From a virus: 64,000 bases of DNA. Positions 9,241-15,940 of the stretch are shown here, one piece after another. A program made the position numbers and the translations under genes. The stretch lies in IMG/VR virus record IMGVR_UViG_3300035670_000174, positions 3,960-67,959 of that record. One strand, 5' to 3'. Positions within the stretch are counted from its first letter, which is position 1. The number at the start of each line of letters is the position of its first letter. The notes under the pieces are model-generated. The model saw nothing but the letters and a program-made list of their open reading frames with translations. It did not search any database and was not told the origin of the DNA.

Positions 9241-9821
9241 TAAAACATTTAGGTAGATTTGAAGGTGATTGGCAAGATGCTATGGCTTCGGTCGTAGCAT
9301 CTGCTATTCCAGCTACATGGGAAACAGTTCGATACTGGAGAGTAAAAACTTCAGTTGGTCAAATATTAGATTTACCATCACCAGATGGCAAGAAAGAAGA
9401 AGATCATATTGCTGATGCAGGAGGTGATAAAAATTTAGTATTGACTAATATGGAACATGATATTCATCCAGTGTTTCAGGAAATGATTGATGAGATTGGA
9501 CTTGAAAACTCTTATAATAGAATCCATGTGCAATGGACTGGTCAGGTTTTTAATTGGCATAAAGATAAACTAGCAAGATACAATCGTGATGACCCAAGTA
9601 AAGTTTTGCGTGTTGTGGTTATGTTAACTGATTATATTCCTGGACATTTTTATCAGTATAACGATCAAATGTATACAGGATGGAAAGCTGGAGATGTTCA
9701 CACATTTGATTGGCAGACAGATTACCACTGCACTGCCAATGCAAGTTTAATGCCAAGAGTTAGTTTAGTGACTACTGGTGTTATTAGTGATAAGACTAAA
9801 CAGTTTTTATATGATAAATAG
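9237..9821 (+). CDS. Cupin-fold 2OG-Fe(II) oxygenase-like protein (AspH-like)
   Basis: WHKD (HxD) ... WKAGD...FD....HCTAN....RVSL pattern. Confidence 0.65.
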   Translation: MIKHLGRFEGDWQDAMASVVASAIPATWETVRYWRVKTSVGQILDLPSPDGKKEEDHIADAGGDKNLVLTNMEHDIHPVFQEMIDEIGLENSYNRIHVQWTGQVFNWHKDKLARYNRDDPSKVLRVVVMLTDYIPGHFYQYNDQMYTGWKAGDVHTFDWQTDYHCTANASLMPRVSLVTTGVISDKTKQFLYDK

Positions 9822-9825
9822 ATTT

Positions 9826-9889
9826 ATTGCTGTATGAAGCAATGAGAAAAGTGTTCTGGACGAGGGTTCGATTCCCTCCACCTCCACCA
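9826..9889 (+). ncRNA. ssrA: tmRNA acceptor piece of a circularly permuted (two-piece) ssrA
   Basis: T-arm GAGGG-TTCGATT-CCCTC (9862-9878), acceptor 3' strand CACCTCC-A-CCA (9879-9889); 5' end approximate. Confidence 0.9.
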
Positions 9890-9900
9890 AAAGGAATTTT

Positions 9901-10026
9901 ATGAGTAATTTATTGCTTGGATTATTAATTATAGGTTTGCATGGTTATTGGATTTACAAACTTGTGACATATGATTGGAGTCAGTATGATGAAGATCAGA
10001 AGCAATTAGATGAAGATTTCTTTTGA
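9901..10026 (+). CDS. 41-aa single-TM peptide encoded within the tmRNA intervening segment
   Basis: AAGGA RBS, ATG 9901, MSNLLLGLLIIGLHGYWIYKLVTYDWSQYDEDQKQLDEDFF, TGA 10024-10026. Confidence 0.65.
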   Translation: MSNLLLGLLIIGLHGYWIYKLVTYDWSQYDEDQKQLDEDFF

Positions 10027-10027
10027 T

Positions 10028-10201
10028 GGGGGTGACTAGGTTTCGACAGGGCAAGTAGTAACAGAGTGGACAGCACGGTAGGCGATCTCCGTAAAAGAAG
10101 CAAAACTATAAATGCAAATGACGCATTTTTCGGAGAAGTTCGCTTAGCAGCGTAACCTCCGTGGGGTTTCGGTGACTGTCCTTATTACCCAATCAGTCAC
10201 C
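10028..10201 (+). ncRNA. ssrA: tmRNA coding piece; tag (A)ANDAFFGEVRLAA
   Basis: GGGGGTG...GGTTTCGAC 5' end pairs with 9879-9885, including the G3.U70 pair. Tag ORF 10114-10155. 3' end approximate, at hairpin 10171-10201 followed by a T-rich run. Confidence 0.9.
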
Positions 10202-10310
10202 ACTATTTTTTATTTTTGGTAAAATTAGATGGTTTACCTTTTTTGGCACTAGACATTTTGTCTATGGTTTCCTCGTAACAGAATAACCTACCACTAATTC
10301 GGAGATAACA

Positions 10311-10823
10311 ATGAAAGTTGCATTGCTTTGCAATGGTCCAAGTAGATTTGCCTATAATGGTAGATTAGGGTATGCTTATGTTATTGGCTGTAACATCCCT
10401 TGGACTGATGTAGACGCAACTGTTGTTTTAGATGAGAATGTTATACATCGATGGGCTAAAGAACCAGACTTAATTAAATGTAAGGTTTTCTTTAGTAGAA
10501 AGGCATGGATGGAAACAGATGCTATTAAGAAACGAGATTTCTTCCAACCGTATCTTATTGAGATCATAGATATAATGCCTGAGTATGATTCAAGTGGGCA
10601 TAATGCAGCAAGATGCGCTATTAAACTTGGTGCAAAACAATTAGACATTTATGGTTGTGACTCTTGGTTTGATCAGACTATTGTTAGTTACACACATAAG
10701 TATTTTAAGAATTTAAATCCAGATGACAGTAAAAAACATGTTATCGGATGGCGTAAGAGATGGGAAGAGATGATGTTATCAAATCCTAATGTTGAGTTTA
10801 ATTTTATAAAGGGTATCTCATGA
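10311..10823 (+). CDS. MptE/Maf/sialyltransferase-like nucleotide-binding fold protein
   Basis: LCNGPSR, IGCN, SSGHNAA..AIKLGA..LDIYGCD pattern. Confidence 0.55.
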   Translation: MKVALLCNGPSRFAYNGRLGYAYVIGCNIPWTDVDATVVLDENVIHRWAKEPDLIKCKVFFSRKAWMETDAIKKRDFFQPYLIEIIDIMPEYDSSGHNAARCAIKLGAKQLDIYGCDSWFDQTIVSYTHKYFKNLNPDDSKKHVIGWRKRWEEMMLSNPNVEFNFIKGIS

Positions 10824-11005
10824 AATCAGTTATTTTCGCAGTAATGGTAGCAATTGGATCTGTTGCTATGGCTAAAGAAGAACCAAAGAAAGCAGAGCCA
10901 GCAAAACAGGAACAAAATTGTGTCAAGAAGGATAAAAATGGTAAGTGTCCTCCAGCACCAAAGTCTCCAAAGCCAACTCCAAAGAAGCCAGCTGAGAAGA
11001 AGTAA
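10820..11005 (+). CDS. Small secreted Lys/Pro-rich protein
   Basis: Sec signal ending AMA, two Cys, low-complexity mature part. Confidence 0.65.
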   Translation: MKSVIFAVMVAIGSVAMAKEEPKKAEPAKQEQNCVKKDKNGKCPPAPKSPKPTPKKPAEKK

Positions 11006-11083
11006 TACCTAAATATTAGATACGAGGGTTGGAAGATCCCTTTAAAACTTCCATTTTACACACAACACACGAAGGAGATGTAA

Positions 11084-11359
11084 ATGTCAAATCTGACTCC
11101 GTTCGAGATTCGCCTTGAACTATTAAAAATGGCGAAAGATATGCTTACCGAAGATTACTACGGAAAGCGTGAAGTCATTAACAATGACTGGCAGATGAAA
11201 ATTGAATCTGCCAAACTTAATGGTGGTGTGGTTCCTGATCATCCAGGATTCCCTCCATATCCAACAGAAGCTGAAATAATTGCTAAAGCACAGCAACTAA
11301 ATGGCTTCGTTTCACAAATCCCAGCTACATTAGAAAAGACTAGCAAAAAGTCAACCTGA
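11084..11359 (+). CDS. Conserved T4-like phage hypothetical protein
   Basis: GAAGGAG RBS; PFEIRLELLKMAK...YPT..EII.KA..LN.FVS. Confidence 0.8.
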   Translation: MSNLTPFEIRLELLKMAKDMLTEDYYGKREVINNDWQMKIESAKLNGGVVPDHPGFPPYPTEAEIIAKAQQLNGFVSQIPATLEKTSKKST

Positions 11360-11367
11360 TAGGGATG

Positions 11368-11400
11368 ACTCATGGGGATAAACACACCCCATGAGTTTAT
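11368..11400 (+). terminator. 10-bp stem-loop, possible terminator or processing site
   Basis: ACTCATGGGG-ATAAACACA-CCCCATGAGT then TTAT (short U tract). Confidence 0.5.
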
Positions 11401-11415
11401 CAATAAGGAGATTAT

Positions 11416-11931
11416 ATGCAAAAACGATTTTATATCGTCATTTCGTTATTTCTAATTACATTATTAATCTTTATAATTGCGTTAGTGCCAAAAACAAAAA
11501 TTATAGAGATAAACTATTCTCAATTAACCAAAGAAGGTAAGGCACAAGTAGACTGCTTAGCAGAAAACATTTACCACGAAGCAGCATATGAACCTATTAA
11601 TGGTAGAATTGCTGTTGCGCTCGTTACAATGAATCGCGTAAACGATCCAAGATATCCAAATAATATTTGTTCTGTAGTGAAACAAAGGATAAAATATACA
11701 TGTCAGTTCTCTTGGTATTGTGAGCGAAACAAACATATAAGAAATTATAATGCATATCTAGAAGCGCAAAGAATTGCGTTACATGTATATGCGAATTACG
11801 AATCACTAAAGGATTTAACTGGTGGTGCGTTGTTTTATCATGCAGATTATGTCCAACCTAATTGGCGCAATCTGCAAAAAACTGCAGTTATCGGAAGACA
11901 TATTTTTTATAAAGAAAGAAATCCATTATGA
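11416..11931 (+). CDS. SleB/Hydrolase_2 cell-wall hydrolase with N-terminal membrane anchor
   Basis: CLAENIYHEA..EP..G..AVA.V.MNRV, CQFSW, GALFYHADYV.P.W, IGRHIFY. Confidence 0.9.
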   Translation: MQKRFYIVISLFLITLLIFIIALVPKTKIIEINYSQLTKEGKAQVDCLAENIYHEAAYEPINGRIAVALVTMNRVNDPRYPNNICSVVKQRIKYTCQFSWYCERNKHIRNYNAYLEAQRIALHVYANYESLKDLTGGALFYHADYVQPNWRNLQKTAVIGRHIFYKERNPL

Positions 11932-12485
11932 TGAATAAATTAAATCTTCAATTAAAAGAAGACACGTCTCAGCATTCGTTTTATCTTTTAATGGAAGATA
12001 TTTCGTTAGCATCTTGTAAGAATGTAGTTGAATGGATCTTCGAAGCAAATTTCTCTGAAGAACGACCAGATATGTTAAATCTTATCATTACTTCTCCAGG
12101 TGGTGATTTGAATGCTGCTTTTGCAGTTATAGACACTATGCGTGGCTCTGCTATTCCTGTTCGTACAATCGGACTAGGTCAAATTGCTTCTGCTGGTTTA
12201 ATGATTTTTATTGCAGGCAGTAAAGGTAAAAGAATCCTTACACCAAATACTTCTATCCTCAGTCATCAATATACTTGGGGTGCGTTTGGTAAAGAACATG
12301 AGTTATTCGCTACAGTGAAAGAATTTGATTTAACTACCAAGAAAATGATTGCTCATTATAAAAGATGCACTGGATTATCTGAAGCAAAAATTCGTGAAAT
12401 TCTTTTGCCACCACAAGATATGTGGTTGAGTCCACCAGAGGCTAAGAAATTAGGAATTTGCGATGATATTAAAGAATTATCTTAA
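11928..12485 (+). CDS. clpP: ClpP-family serine protease subunit
   Basis: ITSPGGD, GQIASAG (Ser), SHQ (His), D.WLS..EA..LG..D. Confidence 0.88.
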   Translation: MMNKLNLQLKEDTSQHSFYLLMEDISLASCKNVVEWIFEANFSEERPDMLNLIITSPGGDLNAAFAVIDTMRGSAIPVRTIGLGQIASAGLMIFIAGSKGKRILTPNTSILSHQYTWGAFGKEHELFATVKEFDLTTKKMIAHYKRCTGLSEAKIREILLPPQDMWLSPPEAKKLGICDDIKELS

Positions 12486-12645
12486 GTATTCTGGATTATG
12501 GTTTGGGTTTGTATTAAACCCTTACCATTGGAATCTAAAATTAGAACATAAATCTGATGGATTATTTGATGATTATGTTTTCTTTTTAAATGTATATCTT
12601 GGACCAATTTGGTTTAGGATTATTATCGATAACGGTAAATGGTAA
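12463..12645 (+). CDS. Hypothetical protein
   Basis: ORF fills the gap between clpP and the next gene. Confidence 0.55.
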   Translation: MILKNYLKYSGLWFGFVLNPYHWNLKLEHKSDGLFDDYVFFLNVYLGPIWFRIIIDNGKW

Positions 12646-12654
12646 GGAGATTGT

Positions 12655-12897
12655 ATGAACGAAAATAAATTGTTTATTATTGCGATTCTAATTGCATTTA
12701 TTTCTATAATTATTTCAATCACATATTATAATATTTCTCATTTGCAATCAATAGAAAAGAATATCGAAACTGCTATTCAAAAAGGTATTGATCCAGTAGC
12801 AGTAAGATGTTCATATTCAACTGAAAAAGATAATGTATGTATTGCGTATGTGGCATCTCATCAGACTTCATTTTCTATCGGAAAAAATAGTAAGTAA
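12655..12897 (+). CDS. Hypothetical membrane-anchored protein
   Basis: AAGGAG RBS, N-terminal TM, AIQKGIDPVAVRC motif. Confidence 0.7.
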   Translation: MNENKLFIIAILIAFISIIISITYYNISHLQSIEKNIETAIQKGIDPVAVRCSYSTEKDNVCIAYVASHQTSFSIGKNSK

Positions 12898-12911
12898 GTA
12901 CTTACTTACTA
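12888..12911. repeat. Perfect 24-bp palindrome containing a SlmA-site-like core
   Basis: TAGTAAGTAAGTACTTACTTACTA. Confidence 0.85.
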
Positions 12912-12947
12912 ACTTATGATAACCCTACTAGATGTGGGGTTATCCCC

Positions 12948-12976
12948 TTGTCTTTAATTCCAATTTAGGGCATAAT
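12948..12976 (+). promoter_or_regulatory. Sigma70-type early promoter
   Basis: TTGTCT-N17-CATAAT. Confidence 0.75.
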
Positions 12977-13009
12977 ATCTCTTATATCGTTGATTATGGA
13001 GATGTGAAA

Positions 13010-13705
13010 ATGGCTTTACTTACTGTTGGGAACCCAAAATTGCTTAAAGGTCAAAAGAAGGGATATCTTTCTTCTGTCCTCCATCTAGCACCTGCTGATT
13101 TGTCTGGTAAAAATACCTGTCCAAAAGCCACAGCTGGATGTAAAGCAGCATGTTTGAACACAGCTGGACGTGGTGGCATCTTCAAGAAAGGTGAGACCAC
13201 CAATGTGATTCAACAAGCACGCATTCGTAAAACGAAAATGTTCTTTGAGAATCGCAATCAATTCATGCTTGACTTGGTCAAAGAGATTCAAGCAACGATT
13301 AAGAAAGCAGAAAAGCAAGGATTGATTCCAGTCTTTCGTCTCAATGGTACTTCTGATATTGCATGGGAGAAATATACACTACCAAATGGTAAGAATATTT
13401 TTCAACATTTTCCAGAAGTCCAGTTCTATGATTACACCAAAATTCTTGGTCGCAAAGTATACCAAATTCCAAACTATCATCTGACTTTCTCTAAAGCAGA
13501 TGGCAACGATATGGATGCACGTCTTGCTGCATCAAATGGAATGAATGTTGCAGTTGTGTTTCACAATGTTCCTGAAACCTACATCGGTCGAACAGTCATC
13601 AATGGTGATGAAACCGATCTACGTTTCTTGGATCCCAAAGGTGTCGTTGTTGGTCTGAAAGCCAAAGGTAAAGCCAAAAAAGACACTTCTGGTTTCGTAG
13701 TTTAA
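13010..13705 (+). CDS. GP88-family Cys-cluster protein
   Basis: CPKATAGCKAACL, RLNGTSD, FYDYTK, NYHLTFS, GDETDLRFLD. Start moved to ATG 13010 (GGAG RBS, downstream of promoter). Confidence 0.8.
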   Translation: MALLTVGNPKLLKGQKKGYLSSVLHLAPADLSGKNTCPKATAGCKAACLNTAGRGGIFKKGETTNVIQQARIRKTKMFFENRNQFMLDLVKEIQATIKKAEKQGLIPVFRLNGTSDIAWEKYTLPNGKNIFQHFPEVQFYDYTKILGRKVYQIPNYHLTFSKADGNDMDARLAASNGMNVAVVFHNVPETYIGRTVINGDETDLRFLDPKGVVVGLKAKGKAKKDTSGFVV

Positions 13706-13708
13706 TCC

Positions 13709-13737
13709 TTGTCTTGCAACTTTAAATAGTGTATAAT
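13709..13737 (+). promoter_or_regulatory. Sigma70-type promoter
   Basis: TTGTCT-N17-TATAAT. Confidence 0.8.
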
Positions 13738-13743
13738 ACAATT

Positions 13744-14085
13744 ATGATTATTCATACTACCACTAAAAAATCTAAGAAACGCAAACCAACAGCCAAGCAA
13801 CGACAGTTGCAAGCTGACTGGGAAACACTGGTTAAGAAGTATGCCCCAAAGAAGCCGATAGCGAAGACTAAGGATGATGGTTGGACATACTCACTTGGGG
13901 TGACTGCTCGTCGGGAGACGCCTAAGATCCCAAGTCTTCCATTCACAGGTGGTCCATGCTTGAAAAAAGAGCAACCGACATATACTGGGACTGCCATGAA
14001 GGGTATTGGAACTATGCACAAGTCTAATGCTGTTCCAATCTTCTCTGATGAAGATGCTGTGCATATCGCAAATATGCGAAGATAA
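13744..14085 (+). CDS. Conserved basic T4-like hypothetical protein (probably leaderless)
   Basis: YTG....GIGTMHKSNAVP motif; ATG 6 nt after the -10 box. Confidence 0.75.
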   Translation: MIIHTTTKKSKKRKPTAKQRQLQADWETLVKKYAPKKPIAKTKDDGWTYSLGVTARRETPKIPSLPFTGGPCLKKEQPTYTGTAMKGIGTMHKSNAVPIFSDEDAVHIANMRR

Positions 14086-14129
14086 ATAAATAAGAATTGT
14101 ACTTCACAACCATCTCTAACGAGGAACCC

Positions 14130-14423
14130 ATGAAAATCAGACAAAGAGTAAAACTATTCGACGAATTAAATGCTACAAAGGCTAGACTAACAGCATTCAT
14201 CACAACACTACAAGCGAACAATGCTGAGATTCTTTCTTCAGAATCTGAGGATGAAGAAGTTGTTGCAGCAAAAGCTGAGTTGACTAAGATTATCGCAGCA
14301 AAACAGGCTAAGTTAGACGAAGTGAATAAAGAAATTAAAGACCACAACTACTTCTTTAGAAAAACTAAGACTGATTTAGAGAAGTATAGAGGAACTGTTG
14401 AATATATCGGCGAAGACGATTAA
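14130..14423 (+). CDS. Coiled-coil hypothetical protein
   Basis: GAGGA RBS before ATG 14130. Confidence 0.65.
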   Translation: MKIRQRVKLFDELNATKARLTAFITTLQANNAEILSSESEDEEVVAAKAELTKIIAAKQAKLDEVNKEIKDHNYFFRKTKTDLEKYRGTVEYIGEDD

Positions 14424-14425
14424 TT

Positions 14426-14632
14426 ATGAAAGAATTTTGTCATGAATGTGCGAGATTAGAGAGTGAACTTGAGATAGTTCGTTCTCAATCGCATAGCGAG
14501 ATTGAGAGACTAAAGAAAGAACTTGCAGATGCAAGAGCGTATGCATCTGCTGTTCATCGTGAAAACGATAAACTTGCATTAGACTTAGCCTTTTATAATA
14601 AAGATGTTATTTTGCCTTGTAATCAAAAGTGA
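14426..14632 (+). CDS. Coiled-coil hypothetical protein
   Basis: ORF track; tight gene packing. Confidence 0.6.
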   Translation: MKEFCHECARLESELEIVRSQSHSEIERLKKELADARAYASAVHRENDKLALDLAFYNKDVILPCNQK

Positions 14633-14640
14633 TGTATAAT
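14612..14640 (+). promoter_or_regulatory. Sigma70-type promoter
   Basis: TTGCCT-N17-TATAAT. Confidence 0.75.
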
Positions 14641-14646
14641 ATGAAT

Positions 14647-14859
14647 ATGAATGAACTTTATAATAAACGACGTGACCTAACTATCCAAAAGATGAAATTA
14701 GACAAATTCTTTTCCATGTTTCTTGAAAAATTTGAGAGGAAGATGGATCCAGAAAAACCAAACACTCCTATTTGGAAACTTTACAAAGAAAAACTAAAAG
14801 AATACGATAGTATTCAACAAGAGATCAGAAATACTAACTACTGGATTTCTAAATCATAA
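14647..14859 (+). CDS. Hypothetical protein (probably leaderless)
   Basis: In-frame ATG 6 nt after the -10 box; start uncertain. Confidence 0.6.
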   Translation: MNELYNKRRDLTIQKMKLDKFFSMFLEKFERKMDPEKPNTPIWKLYKEKLKEYDSIQQEIRNTNYWISKS

Positions 14860-14861
14860 TT

Positions 14862-15077
14862 ATGTTTAAAACTGCGAATGAATTTTCCATGCACATCGAA
14901 CATCTAGTGCGTGAGAAGAAAGTTACTCACATGGATGCTGTTCTGGAATATTGTAAAGAAAATTACATTGAACCAGAAGACATCACATCACTAATCAATA
15001 AGTCACTCAAAGATAAAATTGAGATGGACTTCAGAGAACTAAATTATCTTCCAAAACAAGCACAACTAGATTTATAA
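14862..15077 (+). CDS. gp33: Late transcription coactivator gp33
   Basis: F...IE..V.......MDA...YC....IE.E....LI...LK.KI; upstream of gp59/gp32. Confidence 0.85.
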   Translation: MFKTANEFSMHIEHLVREKKVTHMDAVLEYCKENYIEPEDITSLINKSLKDKIEMDFRELNYLPKQAQLDL

Positions 15078-15688
15078 TGGATGGGTTTAAAGCATACCGC
15101 TATTACCTAGCGATTAAATTGCATTTCACCACAGACAAGTTTAATGTTTTTGAAAACAGAGGAAATGTTCGTGGAACTCGAGAGGCATTTAATGCTAGAA
15201 ATGATAGATACATTTTTGAAAAGTTAGCGAACAAATTCGATAATGATAAAGACATTATACAATATTTTGTTGCTATCTTTGCATATGGTAACAGCACTGC
15301 CATTTATGATGGTAAAGAAGCAGATGATGCTTATGTTGAGTGGATGAAAAGAAAGCAAAGTATCACTAAAGTTTTTATTGACGATCTGGCATCATTACTA
15401 ACTCATATAGAAACTAATAAATTAAAGCCGACGGCAATATTTGAATTTACAGAAAATGAGTATCCTGTTGCACTTAAGATGTTTCTTGGTAATAAGATAT
15501 CAATCGAAACTATTAGAATCATTGATGATTTAATGCCATTACTTGATAAATGGTCTAATAATGCATCTGTAAAATATATTTGGGAAGATGAACTTCGTAG
15601 GATTAAAAAGTTGACAGGATTTGTGAAATACGATAAGATTAAACTTAAGAAAATCTTTGAACACTTCGTTGAAGAAACATTGAAATAA
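15077..15688 (+). CDS. gp59: Helicase loader gp59
   Basis: G..AY..YLAIKLHFT....., F..RND.Y.FEKL, ISIET; synteny. Confidence 0.88.
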   Translation: MDGFKAYRYYLAIKLHFTTDKFNVFENRGNVRGTREAFNARNDRYIFEKLANKFDNDKDIIQYFVAIFAYGNSTAIYDGKEADDAYVEWMKRKQSITKVFIDDLASLLTHIETNKLKPTAIFEFTENEYPVALKMFLGNKISIETIRIIDDLMPLLDKWSNNASVKYIWEDELRRIKKLTGFVKYDKIKLKKIFEHFVEETLK

Positions 15689-15689
15689 A

Positions 15690-15923
15690 ATGGGCAAGAC
15701 TTATACTAAGAATTCGCGTCGTTACGACGACGATGAAACCAGTGGGCGATCTGGAAAACATGCCAAACATTCTAGTGGTAAAAAGAGTGGTGGTATGAAA
15801 ACGCTAAATAGTTATGTTGAAGAAGATTATGATTTTGATGATTACGATCCATTTGATGATGAGGTTGAATTACAAGATGATATACAGATTGAACATACTA
15901 AAGATACTAACGATACTCCGTAA
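15690..15923 (+). CDS. Small basic/acidic hypothetical protein
   Basis: ORF between gp59 and gp32. Confidence 0.6.
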   Translation: MGKTYTKNSRRYDDDETSGRSGKHAKHSSGKKSGGMKTLNSYVEEDYDFDDYDPFDDEVELQDDIQIEHTKDTNDTP

Positions 15924-15940
15924 ATACGAAAGGAAATACT

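Noticed and set aside
9855-9889. tRNA-Ala or attP-like tRNA 3' fragment
   Set aside because: There is no upstream D or anticodon arm. Its pairing partner lies downstream at 10028, and that piece has a tag ORF but no T-arm/CCA of its own, so a permuted tmRNA explains both.
12932-13009. 26-aa N-terminal extension of GP88 in the ORF track
   Set aside because: It overlaps the promoter and inverted repeat; the RBS supports ATG 13010.
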